Below, one piece after another: positions 21,401 through 32,393 of a stretch of DNA of 64,000 nucleotides. The DNA comes from Chlorokybus atmophyticus (lineage: Eukaryota > Plantae > Mesostigma and Chlorokybus algae), in NCBI GenBank assembly GCA_009103225.1, contig RHPI01001507.1, positions 124,001-188,000 on the forward strand, given 5' to 3'. Both the position numbers and the translations under genes were made by a program. Every line of letters begins with the position of its first letter. Position 1 is the stretch's first letter. The notes beneath the pieces were generated by a model, which was not told where the DNA came from, made no database searches, and saw only the letters and a list, made by a program, of their open reading frames with translations.

Positions 21401-22028
21401 TCCATTGACACCGTTGACGGCATGGACACCGCGACGACATGACGTGCGTGTGGAGGCAGCTAATGACTTCCTTACAAAGTGCGCGGACATTAACAAGGCA
21501 GCTAGGGATGCGTTATTGGTGGCACAAAATCGGCAGAAGCAGTACGCGGACGCGCATCGCCGACACCTCACGTTTCAGGAAGGCGACATTGTGTTACTCT
21601 CCGCGAAGCACGTCCAGGTGCGTACGGGAGTTCGCAAGCTGAATGAACGCTGGTTGGGACCATTTAAGGTCAGCAAAGTTATCTCGGACGTGGCGTACAA
21701 GTTGGAGCTACCCGACACCATGCGTGTGCACCCCGTTTTTCACGTCTCCCTTCTGAAAGCATATCGAGGACAACCGCCAGAAAGGCCACCCCCCGAAGTT
21801 GGCACAGACGGTGAACCCGAGTGGGAGGTAGAAGACATCCTTGGTGAGAAGTTTGTGCATGGCGTACGCAAGTTCTTAGTGAAATGGAAGGGCTATCCGT
21901 TGCATGAAGCATCCTGGGAGCCAGAGGCACACTTGACTAATGCTCAAGACGTTGTGCGTGCCTATCTTGCTCGACGACAACCTCGCGAGCTTCGAGGACG
22001 AAGCTCACCTGGGGGGGGAGGAGTGTAA
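18381..22028 (+). CDS. pol: Pol (protease-RT-RNase H-integrase-chromodomain) in the -1 frame relative to gag, element A
   Basis: Frame open from 18381, overlapping the gag 3' end. MIDSGA, YLDDIL, ACDASD, HDVPIAGH...CDAC, GQTERANR, and chromodomain EWEVEDIL...FLVKWKGY...SWEPE. Stop TAA lies inside the 3' LTR terminus. Confidence 0.95.
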   Translation, partial: SSRQHHGAKWRGAGKRLPPVGEEATAGDRKEPHARTDAVTFPLKKQEEMALNAPMVVSYANEETTKYFGLRAHICDDQGRWRECKLMIDSGANSNFMSIDIARRYGWLSSLRGGEVKLADGEPPSGGDGAAFMTKELCVRIGKMKESMRFCCITLRNGFDGILGLPWLWQHNPAINWRKRVLTIERNGGESIQAASDVIEARHAQLGGTTIAQISYVQLRKLLSPRKAKAAWLCVVRENTAKSAPELSDDVQTATMDPEVCKLVKEYQDIMVDGLPSGLPPPRSVDHRVELIEGVHKPPYRPVYKLSPLELEEAERQVADLLKRGYIRPSKSPYGAPILFVRKKNGSLRMCVDYRALNNITKRNCFPLPRIDELLEQLQGAQYFTTLDLAGGYHQIRIAPEDVEKTAFNTRYGHYEWLVMSFGLTNAPATFQTLMNSVFADLIGKGVLVYLDDILVYATTKEEHVALLRRVLQRLREHKLYAQLQKCKFLLREVEYLGHIVSHEGIKPDPNKVQVVREWAAPTNVKEVMSFLGLAGYYRKFIMGFSRIAAPLTTLLKKGKHWSWSATEEHAFAALKKALTEAPVLAHPNMEKTFILACDASDTAVGAVLQQDHGNGLQPVAFFSKKMSGAELNYPVHEKELLAQVMALRQWRCFLEGKKFVLETDHSPLRYLQTQPHLSRRQARWLEFFQLFNFDIKYKPGTSNGVADALSRLNAIEALAQVQPEWTDQIRHVLREDTEGMKVLQELENTATDTSGHWSLRDGLLWHHGRLYIPNVAHIRVKLLKEAHDVPIAGHQGLERTLASLKQRFYWREMHRDVRDYVALCDACQRVKASNQKPGGLLQPLPVPLSKWEQVTMDFIRGLPSTKEGYDAILVFVDKTSKMVRLAPCSESCTAPEAARLFVKHVFRSHGLPRSIVSDRDPRFTSKFWEALHSALGTTLKFSTAFHPQTDGQTERANRVIEDMLRCYVNARQDNWEELLELVEFAINNHHNASTGVTPFLMNYGQHPLTPLTAWTPRRHDVRVEAANDFLTKCADINKAARDALLVAQNRQKQYADAHRRHLTFQEGDIVLLSAKHVQVRTGVRKLNERWLGPFKVSKVISDVAYKLELPDTMRVHPVFHVSLLKAYRGQPPERPPPEVGTDGEPEWEVEDILGEKFVHGVRKFLVKWKGYPLHEASWEPEAHLTNAQDVVRAYLARRQPRELRGRSSPGGGGV
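18420..18477 (+). promoter_or_regulatory. Predicted -1 ribosomal frameshift signal (G_GAA_AAC, 6-nt spacer, H-type pseudoknot), element A
   Basis: S1 18433-18441 pairs with 18454-18462 (9 bp, one G-U). S2 gaggct 18447-18452 pairs with agcctc 18472-18477. Loops are 5, 1 and 9 nt. Confidence 0.75.
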
Positions 22029-22859
22029 CAGTTAAGGCCAAATTCTGTGATTTTCATGGCCGTTTTAGGCCTTATTTGTAAGGTGCATGTTTTTTAAGAC
22101 TTGTGGCGGATATCGGCGAGTTATGAGTCTGCCGCGGATATCGACCAGGGCACCAAGACCAGTCCGGAAGGTGCCAGAAAACGGAGGGCCAGTCGAGAAG
22201 GGCTCGACCAGATTTCTGGAAGGGCCTGGCGCCAAGTAGTGTAACTTGACCATATGAGCAGCAAAGTAGGAGATCTTTGGTGCGTTGGAAAGGTCTAGAA
22301 GTGTACTACAAGATTCTGCAAGAGTATCTTAGCTTCTAGTTCCGTCTAGCGCTAGAATCGTCTAGACAGTAGCATGTGCAGACTGGTAGGTATAAAAGTG
22401 ACATTCTACAATTTGCAATACAACCTTTAGCTCCCTAGTTTCTGGTGTGCAAGCTTGGTGGTGGTTAGCAGGGGTTGCTAGCGTGTGGCCACCGGTGTGT
22501 GCTTGCTTGTGTGACGATCCAAGGCGCTACACAAGTCGGTGTAGCTTCGAGCGCATGCGCGTGCGTACGCGAGTGGCGGGGCGCGTGTGTGTGCTTGGCA
22601 GAGGGGGCAAGGTTCCGGTGTGAATACCGTGTCTTGGTGAGAGGGTTGTGGATTGGACCAACTCACAGGTGACAAGGCACGAGCACCGTCACAATGGACG
22701 TACCGGTACTTACAGATTAGTACTTGCATCATAGACTGCACCAACGGCCGCTTGGCGATTATCGAGGCCCCAAAAGAACCATGAGTGGTCAGACCCCCGC
22801 AGACCAGGCAGTCCTAGCCCGCTGGGTCCGTGGTAGGACCATATTTCCCCGAATGTCAA

Positions 22860-23143
22860 GCCGCGTGCTTACAAGCATTGCAGCATTTTGTGAGCGTACT
22901 ACGATCCTGTCCTGGGTGGAGTATGGGTACAAGCTACCATGGGTGTCTGACCACTCCCCGAATGGGCAATTACTAAACACAAGGTGCATGAGTTTGCGGA
23001 CTTCACTACTGCCACTATTGCCAACCTAGTGCATAGTGTGGCTATACACGAGTGCGTGACACTCCCCCTCGTGGTGAGCCCAGTCAACGTGGTCGATGAT
23101 GGCCGCAAGCTGCGCCTCATAATGGATACGCGCTGTGTCAACT
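22860..23143 (+). pseudogene. DIRS-type (tyrosine-recombinase retrotransposon) reverse transcriptase relic, 5' part
   Basis: ILSWVEYGYKLPW ... VVSPVNVVDDGRKLRLIMDTRCVN, typical of the start of DIRS1-like RT; continues in frame after the copia insertion. Confidence 0.75.
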
Positions 23144-26100
23144 TGTTGGGATTGCACAGTAGCAACAATGCACACGCACTAGTGTGGCGCTGACAAGTAG
23201 AGCAAATGGATCTTATTGTATTGCACAATATACAATGTCTTACATAGTACAATGGTGAGTGCTAATCAACATCAGTCAACCCCAATCAAAGTCGAAGTCA
23301 ACAACGGTCGAAGTCAAAGTCAATGGTCAAAGTCACAGGTTAAAGTTAATGTTGACCATAGTAAATTGTAACTGCAATTCCTGCAGTTGACCGTAGCTGT
23401 CAAGGTAAAGATGATCGTGGAAGTTTAACTAACGCGCCTAGCCAAGTACCTTTAACACTCCCACGCGAGCATCTTTATCCTTTAACTCCAAGCTCCATGC
23501 AACATGTCTGGAAATTGGTGGGTGGTAGTGGCTTGGCCATGCAATTTGCGAGCATATTCTCCGTGCTGCAGTTCAACTTTTCCACGGCCCCTCGTGCAAC
23601 TCTCTCTTGCACCAAGTGGTGCATGATGTCAATATGCTTCGACTTGGCGGGTGTGATGGGGTGCATGCTCAACTTTAGCGCTCCGTGGTTGTCGCATGTC
23701 AGTGATACAATATAGTGCATATCCAAGATCAGTGACCAACTTGCGAAGCCACAATGCTTCCTTTTTATTACAGATGAAGCCGCCATACGTACTTGGCCTA
23801 TGTGGGAATGGAGCAACAGTTGAATGTAGTAGGTTGTTTCAGCTTACGACGCCTCCCATCAAGGAAGCGTAACCTGTGGTAGACCGCCTTGTGTCGAGGT
23901 CTCCACCATAGTCTGCATCACAGTAGCCCTATAGTGTGATGTCCGTTTTCCTCCCAAGTGTAATACCCACGTTTTGTGTGCTTCCAAGGTAGCGAAGAAC
24001 TCCTATCGCTGCCTTCCAATGCTCCATAGTGGGTGCTGACATATATCTCACCAAGACTCCCGCAACTTGCGCGAGGTCGGGCTTCGTGGCAATGGACAAG
24101 TAAATGAGGCTCTCAACGAGCTCACCATAAGGTTGGATAGCTGTGTCAAGCACAGAGGTAGTGTCTCGTGCTTTGAGTAGCTGACTCTCACACTCAGTAG
24201 TGTAGCCTTGCCCTTTGCATCCTATACTTTGAACTTTTTAAGCAAGTTAAGTACCATCTGCTTCAGAGTGATTTTAATTGTCTTTGAATCCCTATCCTTG
24301 GTGATGACAATGCCGATGAACAAGTGCGCATCTCCACAATTGCGCATCTCGAATGCAGACATCAATGTCACCTTGATTTGCTTTTATGCCGGAACACTTG
24401 CAGATGCCAAGACAATGTCATCCACATACACCAACAGCCAAACCTGTCCAACTTTGTTAATGAAGAGCCCCAGGCTTGAAGTAACTGCTGCACGCCCGTC
24501 TTCTTCAGCTTCTTCCCAAGCCGAATGTGACTCGCGACGCTTGCCGAAAGCATATATAAGCTTTGTGCAGCAAGCATGCCTTACCCGAGTCTCCCTCCTC
24601 GTATCCCCTTGAGGCTGCTGCACGAAGATCTGCTTGTCCAACTCTGTATAGAGAGAGGCAGTCTTCACGTCGAGGTGGTGCAGCTCCAAGTCCTCCACAG
24701 CAACCTTGGCGAGTAGTGCCCTGAAGGTTATGTGTTTGCTAGCAGGTGCAAATACCTCCTTGTAGTCAACTCCCTCCTGTTGCAGGAAGCCCTTTGCTAC
24801 AAGTCGCATCTTGTAGCGCTCAATGTTGCCCTTGCCGTTACGCTTGATCTTGTACACCCACTGAACAGATATGGGCTTGACGCCTTGTGAAACCTGCTTG
24901 AGTACCAAAGTCTTGTTGGCGTGTAGCAAAACAATCTCCTCATCCATGGCCTTGCGCCACAACTCTGCATCTGGAGCTATGATGGCCTCATGATAGGTGG
25001 TCGGCTCTTTCTCTCTTCACTTGTTGCAGCACTCATAGATTGGAACCTTTGTGTGAAGTGTCGTTGCGCCCTGTGTCTCACAGGGTAGCGCCTATCTGGC
25101 TGTCCCGTGGGTGCAGCTTCCTTTGCCTCAAGATGTGGCGCAATGCCAGGAACAACCTCTTCCAGAATGACCTCCTCATGCACAACCATGTGTATAAATG
25201 CAATGCTAACCTTAGGCTTTGCAATGTCATTCTCCACAGGTGTTGAAGGTGTTGTTAATCGCTATTGTCTTGTCGTCGAAGACGAAATCCCTTGGAACCA
25301 CAATTCTGCCGCTGTTAAGCAAGATCTTATATGCCTTGGAGTTGGGCTCGTATCCAACAAAGACACCTGTCTCCCCCACATTCTTAAGCTTTCTCCTCAG
25401 GTGCTTAGGGATGTGTGGATACGCCTTGGCTTTAAACGCACGCATGTGCGTAACGTCAGGCTTCTCACCATGAAGCAACTCCGACGGGGTCTTGGCTTTG
25501 TTGCTTGTAGGTGACATGTTGTGAATGCAATTAGCCGTGACAAACGCCTCAGCCCACAAGGCTTTGTTAAGCTCTGCATGAATAAGCATGGTACGCACAT
25601 GCTCCACAAGTGTGCGGTTGAGGCGCTCGGCAGCACCTTTTGCTCAGGTGTGTAAGGTGCCGTGGTCGCATGCTTGATGCCGTGCTCCTCCAAGTAGATC
25701 TCCAAGGTTTCGTATCAATACTCGGAACCCCTATCACTCCTCAATGCCAATACCTTTGTCTTTGCTTGTGTAGCGAAGCAGATGGTCTCTTCACAACAGC
25801 AGCAATGTCCGACTTGGCAGCAACTGGAGTGATGGCTGATAACTTGCTAAAGTCATCAAAGAAAGCGGCAACATACCAACTTCCTCCAATAGACGCAATT
25901 GGCATGCGACCGCACACGTCCATGTGCACAAGCTGCAAGGGTTTAAAGTGGTGCGGGTAGAGGTAGGAAAAGGTTGTCTACGCATCTTGCTTAACACGCA
26001 CATCTCGCACAGATCATTCTTTGTTGCCTTGTTGTCCTCCTCCTTGATGCCAACTCCTTCCATGTCCTCAGCAACCAGTCTTGCCAGGGTATCCCACCAA

Positions 26101-27733
26101 AGATGTCCTAGCCTTCGATGCCAAAGATGAGCTGTAGCCGATGCAGTAACTGTCGCAGACAATGCATGCTACCGATCCAGTGTGTTGCAATACATGCTCT
26201 CCCGCAATGTGCCTTCTGCAACAACAATGTTGTTCCCCTTGCCTTGACCCCTCCACTCTTTGCAGTGAAGTCAACCTCGGCGCCTGCACACTTGTAGCTC
26301 ATTGGACAATGAACAGGCTGGAGGCTAGTCCCGGCACATGGATTACCTCCGTTAGGGCCACTTTACGTGTAGTACCCGCCACCACAGTGTATATAAATTG
26401 ATGGTGCCTATTCTCACAGCTCGCAAGTGTAGCTTGTTGCCAAAGCTCACTTACACACCAGCAGCATTGCTCAAAGCATGATATTCCTGAAACTCGTGTT
26501 TGTGTGGGGTCATATGCTGTGTGCACGCAGAATTAATCAACCAAGCGCTTTTAATAGCAGTGGTGCTGGCAGCAACGAGTGCTACAGCCTGTCTATTGGA
26601 ACCTTGTTTCTGTTGCTGATCGCGCTTCAACTTTTGCCAGTCCTTCTTCAGGTGTCCCTTTTTGTCGCAGTAGTGGCAAGCACGCGTCTCCTTTCTTCCC
26701 ACCACCGTTGTTGTTGTTGGGGCGTGGGTTGGATTGTGCCGCGATTGCCACAGCTTCAGCCTTATTATGGCGTGCAGTGGATGCCCGTTGCTCAACTTGT
26801 ATTAGGCATGGGGTGACCGCTTCAAGGGTGAGCTCCTTACTGGATGACTCCATAATGGTGACGGTCATCTCGTACTCCTTGGGTAGGCCGGCGAGAATTG
26901 CCAAAACAACCTCCACCTCCTTCACTTCATGACCAATGGCGAGCAAGTCATGCAACAATTGTCTAGCTCACGAGGTGAACATGAGGACGGGTTCAGCGAA
27001 TTCTTTTCTCAAAGCATTCAATTGCTTCCTCAACTGCAACTTCCTAGCTTTGTTCTTGGCCTTATACACATCTGCAAGCTTCTACCACAACTCTCTAGCA
27101 GTCTTGCAACGTGCAACAAGCGATGAGTAACGTTGTACAACATTCAATCCTAGCAACGCAAGTGCCTGATTGGATATCTTATTAAAGTCCGTGTTCGCCA
27201 TGTCGGGAGCGCTCTCCTCGGGATCCACCACCGACCATAGGTCTTTGTGCATAAGTAGCATCTGCATCCGGATGCTCCATGTCTTATAGTTGTCGAGGTT
27301 CAGTGGCTCGATGTTGACCTTGTTATAACTGGTCGCCATGATTCCCTTGCAAGTCCGCAATAAGGACGGCGCCTCCCCAAGCTAAACCAACTCGTGTATG
27401 CTATGCTAGCGCTAGTGTGGGCCCATACCCTGATGAGTTCGCACAATAGCAACAATGCACACGCACTAGTGTGGTGCTGACAAGTAGAGCGCAGTGGATC
27501 TTACTGTATTGCACATATAGTGGCTTATATTATACACTAGTGAGTGCTAGTAAACACAAATCAACCCTAGTCAGAGTCTAAGTCAATGATCAACGTCCAA
27601 GTCAATGGTCAAAGTTAAAGGTCAAAATCAGCATACACTATAGTGGACTATAACTGCCATGACGGCAGTTGATCGTAATTGTCAAGATGATCGTAGGAGT
27701 TTAGCTAAGGCGCCTAGCCGAGTACTTTTGGCA
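23144..27733 (-). mobile_element. Full-length but decayed Ty1/copia LTR retrotransposon
   Basis: LTRs 23144-23457 and 27431-27733 (roughly 75% identical by eye). TSD CAACT (23139-23143, 27734-27738). PBS at 27417-27430; PPT at ~23458-23470. Fragmented gag (LNLDNYKTWSIRM, CHYCDKKGH), protease (WLINSACTQHM), GAG-pre-integrase, integrase, RT (RYKMRLVAKG, YVDDI) and RNase H. Confidence 0.95.
27417..27430 (-). promoter_or_regulatory. Copia PBS of the half-tRNA(iMet) type (gggtatgggcccac)
   Basis: 13/14 match to ggttatgggcccac, the complement of the anticodon-arm region of plant initiator tRNA-Met; directly abuts the 5' LTR end. Confidence 0.75.
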
Positions 27734-27738
27734 CAACT

Positions 27739-28175
27739 TATACTTGATAAACACACTGTTCAAGTATGAGGATGTACGCAGCATGTGAGCCTTGCTGCAG
27801 CCCAAAGATTGGTTGTTCTCTACGGACTTGAAGTCCGAATACCATGATGTATACATATACTCTGCACTCTGGGGCTACTTTGGATTCTCATTCGCGGGCA
27901 AAGTGTACAATTTTTACCTGTTGCCATTGGGTTGAGCTCAACGTGCTTTGTGCTCACAAAAGTGATGAAGCAACTGGTGCATCGTTAGCGTGTACAAGGC
28001 ATCCGCATACCGCCATACATTGACGACTTCCCGTTTGCTGCAAGCTTCAAGGCTGAGCATGCCTCTACCCTGGCCGTTATGAAAGCAGATGCAGCATGGT
28101 GCGGGTTGGTGATCAACAGTAAGGCACAAACCGTGCTTAGCAAAGTCATCATCTTCCTCGGCTTATAAAGGTTGA
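27739..28175 (+). pseudogene. DIRS-type reverse transcriptase relic, 3' part
   Basis: YLINTLFKYEDV...DWLFSTDLKSEYHDV...YFGFSFAGKVYNFYLLP.G...TKVMKQL...GIRIPPYIDDF...GLVIN...IIFLG; contains stops and a frameshift. Confidence 0.8.
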
Positions 28176-31100
28176 AGTGGCCCATGCGGCGTGATGGGGC
28201 TGGCGCTGATGTGTTGCGTCTCTCAACTGTAAATAGGCTCCCCCTTCAGGCTAACTTCTTTAATGCAATAGGTCAGTCTCTTCCTCTTTCTGTGTGAGTT
28301 TGTATAGTTGGCTGATTGGGTGACTGAGTGTCCATGCGTGTGTTTGCATGTATGTATTGCTTGTTTGTATGCATGTACCTCTCTTTTTGATCTTTGTTGT
28401 GCGCATGCGCCTTTGTCAGTTGCAAAAAAACTTTGCCTTCGTGCAGCTATGTGACTGTGTAAGTAAGTTGCTGTTGTTGATGTTGCTGTTGTTGTTGTTA
28501 ACTACTCTGTGCTATGATTAGGTTGGTTAAGGCAGCGTGGTGGGGCTGGGGGTGGTTTATAGCGTCGCTTCTTTGTGTGTACATTATTGTAGTAACCAGT
28601 TTTCATCTATTAAGGAGAGACCAGACTACATAATGCTAGTAGTGACTTGCCTGGATTAGGTACTTTACCAACGCTGGTTTTATTAATGATATTTTATAAG
28701 ATATCTTAATGTTGGACTAGCTAACTCTACTTGAGTAAAGTTAGCTAGTCTATAGGCAAGAATGGGCAGAGGGCTCTTTGCCTATTCTTACCTATGTAGA
28801 CTCCGATTATTGCTGCTGTTATGTTCATTAGTGCACTTTAGCTTTTACCTAGCGCCATACATATGGAACTGGAAAATACCGCAATGTTGAACCAGGTACA
28901 CTTAGACTTTGCCTATTCTTGCATCTGTGCAGACTCTGGTTGCTGCTAGGTACTTTAGTGCACTCAGGCTTACCTAATGCCATAGCTAGTTTGCACCATA
29001 GGCTAGCTAGCGGGTAGGTACAAACTAGGGTCAACCCTAGATTAACAACCGGGTATACCTAGTCTTTATAGATAGGTAACACCTAGACTTCTGTGTTCAT
29101 ACCCTAGTGTACTATAGCTAACCAGACTCTAGTTAACTAAGGACTAGGTTATAGTCTAGTGTAGTGCAATGAGGACATTGACAATCGAAGTGCGGGGGAA
29201 TGTAATGGGAGCAATAGATATAGGGGTATAATTGCTATCAAATTCACACATGTTGTATGAATGAGTACATCTCAATACTTATTCCTACCTCTTTTCTACG
29301 GTTTCTTGCTTTTAAGAAAGTATTCTACTATAGCATGGGTACGTTTCAATGGGTGTAGCACCGCCTATTGAAGCCAGTTCAACGTCGCATTATATATGTA
29401 AATATCGAATTGGATACCTCGCTGCTGGGTACTTTATCATTGAGTATCATATTGATATATACTTTAGCTCTGATTGGCTCGTGTTGAATCTTTAATGGCA
29501 ACTTAATGTAAAAGGGTTGATGCATGATTGCGAGTTTAATGTCGGGACGCATCCATATAATTAACTTTTATTAGAAAAAGAGGCCTGCTCAACGGATGAG
29601 ACTTAATTAATTCTCTGCTAAATGCAGCATCATGCTGTCAGCGGTTGGTTGACAGGCTTATTGACGGTGTGGGTGTTGGGGTAGAGGAGTGAATGGATAT
29701 TGGCGTCATTGCCGACGTGCTGTTACATGGCGTCCCTCTCTTTCTTATGATCTTTTGGCTAGAATGGTCAGGTGCGCCCAACTGTTTTGCAAAACGGCAT
29801 AATGTTGCTCCTCCTGCATAAAGCATGCACACGTGAGGAAGGCACACCCGTTGTTGGGCACATACTTACACACGCACATAGCAAAAAGTAAGTGTCCGAT
29901 TTGTCATAGCACTGAGTATGTGTGCGCACAAACACTCGATTGGCTGCCTTTGCATCAAAGGTCGACGCAGCTGCAACAATTCGTTATCTGCTTACATATT
30001 CATTAAGTCACCAAACTTCGGTAGACGCCCATTGCTTACTTGTGGGACTTGTTATGTCAACTGATCAATCAATCAATCACTTTTCAAGGCAACTAACGTC
30101 CATGCACGCTTTTTGCCTGCATGTATGCACACCATATTTTGCTGCATGTGCACATATGTGCATGCACGCAAGTTTATGCTAATGGTGCACACACATGTAC
30201 ATGTGCAAAGTCTAAACATGCGCACATATGCACAATCAGACTCTATCACTAAGCACACATATGCACGCAAGCCCTACCTGTGCACGCACATGCACACAAT
30301 CATATGGTAACTGTGTATACAGTGAGGCTCACGCCACGATTGTGCATACTCATGCGCGCAACTTGATGCTGATTGAGCACACATACAAGTATAAGACTGC
30401 GCATGCGTATGCATGCAAGCTTGTGCTAAGTGTGCACACACATGCATGTTGGGGGCCTGGGCTAGCACATGGTTGGTGGGGTCCGTTAATAACTAGCCTC
30501 TGGGGTTGTGCAAGTGCGTTTGCTGCTATGCTCTGCTACTCCCATTGCAGTCACTTAGCTAGCTAAGCTAGTCTAGGCCCCCTGCCCCTGGTGATGTGGG
30601 CTAATGTATTTTGTGATTGAGGGCGTATGCTTGTGTGCGTGGGTTGATTGCTAGCTGCATTGCACACTACTTGTGACTAGTGGTGTGTGTTTATGCCCTT
30701 GTGTGCATAGGTTGTTGGCTAGCATTGCACTGCACTGCACACTACCACTACTTGCTACCTGGCCCGTCATAGCTTCAGATTTATGCATGCATTCACATGC
30801 TGACTGTGCACACATATGTACACATTGCTATGTTATGTTTGCGCACTTGTACACACATTATCGTAATATCTGTGCACGTATCTGCACGCGTGCACACACG
30901 CATCCCTGCTTATGCAAGTATGGTCGTTTTGTTGTCGAAAGGGGTACTTGGCGCGCCTGGCCCGAGTGCAGGGCAATGCATGCAGAGTCTGACAGCTGGG
31001 GCTCTTAAGCTAATATAGGCTCAATTGGCATGGCGCCGGAAGAGGCAGAGCGTTCTTCAAATCAAAGTGTGCGGGTGCTAAGATATGCGTCCGGATTTTA

Positions 31101-32393
31101 ATGAGACCATTCGGTACATAAACTTTAAGCACACACACACACACGCGTACGCAATGATGAATCGTGCCTGTCTTGTATACCTATAACAGTGGCTCGTAAG
31201 AGCGAACACTGGCCGTGGCTGTAGAGCTCTACCCATTTAAGCAGCGATACAGTAATACCCTAAGATGATGGGTAAATGACCGCGCAATATTGTGAAGAAT
31301 ACGCAAATAAGTGTAGATTTAATACGACTATTATACTTATGCAGAGCTGTAAGGTTGACATATGTAAAGCGGGTGTTGATACACTAATACATATCAGATG
31401 TACATTTGGTTTCTTACTTAGCAAGCTATGCACTTGCATATATTGAACGTTGTACATGAAAAAATGAAGATATTATTCACAATGTCGTGGCCCATACAAT
31501 TCAATGTTTAGCAATTGAAAATATACCATAACCATCGTATCAATTACCGATTTTGCGTGAGCAAGCGGCAGCATCTGTATGGCTGATGTGCTCACTAGCA
31601 AAGTGTTGGTTGCCAACTGAGCACTACATGCATGCAACAGACGTGCCAATTTGGTACTAATTTCGGTTGGATATAAAGGATTAACGTAACAATAGTAATG
31701 CTGGTCAATCAACACTTTCATGCCCCCCGGGTTACATGATTGATTAACATGGCTGCGCATTGCATGCACGAGCTCACGGAAGCAAGCTGCCAATTTCGCA
31801 TTATGCAGAGCTACGGACGGCCAGCTGTCACCCCCGCCGCACCGCAGCCAATAGCAAGCCAAGATTCAGGCCACAGCCAGCCGGTCTTATCACGTCTCGT
31901 CACGTCACAGCAACCAACACGCCCACCCGACACAGCAAGATTCTGCCCCGTGCCAGCGCAGCGGCTGCAATGCAACCCATGTCGCTGCGATCCATTGACG
32001 CGTGGGGTGCGGAGGGAAAAAAGGGAGACGCGGAAAAAGACAAACGGGCATGGGGTACGGCATTGTGTCCGTGTGGCCATCCTCTGCGGTAAGGGCGGCG
32101 GCGGCGGCGGGGGAGGGGCCCGTGGCGGGGGCGGCGCTGCGGTTGTCCGGGTCGAGGATCAAGGGCGGGGGGTTGCCTTCCGCGGTGGCGGCGGTGCTTG
32201 CGAAGAGGATCTAGCCTCTTGTCTGGGGGCCTGGGTCAACGGGCTCAGTGCAAGGCATACGGCGACAGCTAGGGTTTAGGGCAACGCTGAGCAAGCAGGC
32301 AGCGAGGAGCTGTTTTGCTTGTGTAGCTTCAGCTGGAGAGAGTAACCTCCCTAGCCTCAGTGTCAGTGCAGCTCCCCTTTCTGCCGATCAGCC

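Larger units (their letters stand above)
16649..22693 (+). mobile_element. Full-length, recently inserted Ty3/gypsy chromovirus LTR retrotransposon (element A)
   Basis: 670-bp TG...CA LTRs at 16649-17318 and 22024-22693 differing at about 6 positions. 5-bp TSD ATGGA (16644-16648, 22694-22698). PBS tggtatcggagc 17321-17332; PPT ggggggggaggag 22011-22023. Uninterrupted gag and pol with chromodomain. Confidence 0.98.

Noticed and set aside
23144-27733. Copia as a chimaera of two elements because its LTRs are only ~75% alike
   Set aside because: The TSD matches, the host DIRS frame rejoins exactly, and the interior is equally decayed. Age explains the divergence.
28850-30910. CTAG-rich and GCAC/ATGC-rich degenerate tracts with many short ORFs
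   Set aside because: Low-complexity sequence without a definable unit, ends or coding signal.
31740-32280. Possible divergent gene or uORF-encoded protein upstream of the MADS gene (GC-rich ORFs, telo-box at ~32270)
   Set aside because: No recognisable domain. The G-rich composition matches the sense-strand leaders of the SDR and kinase genes, so it is best read as MADS promoter/5' UTR.
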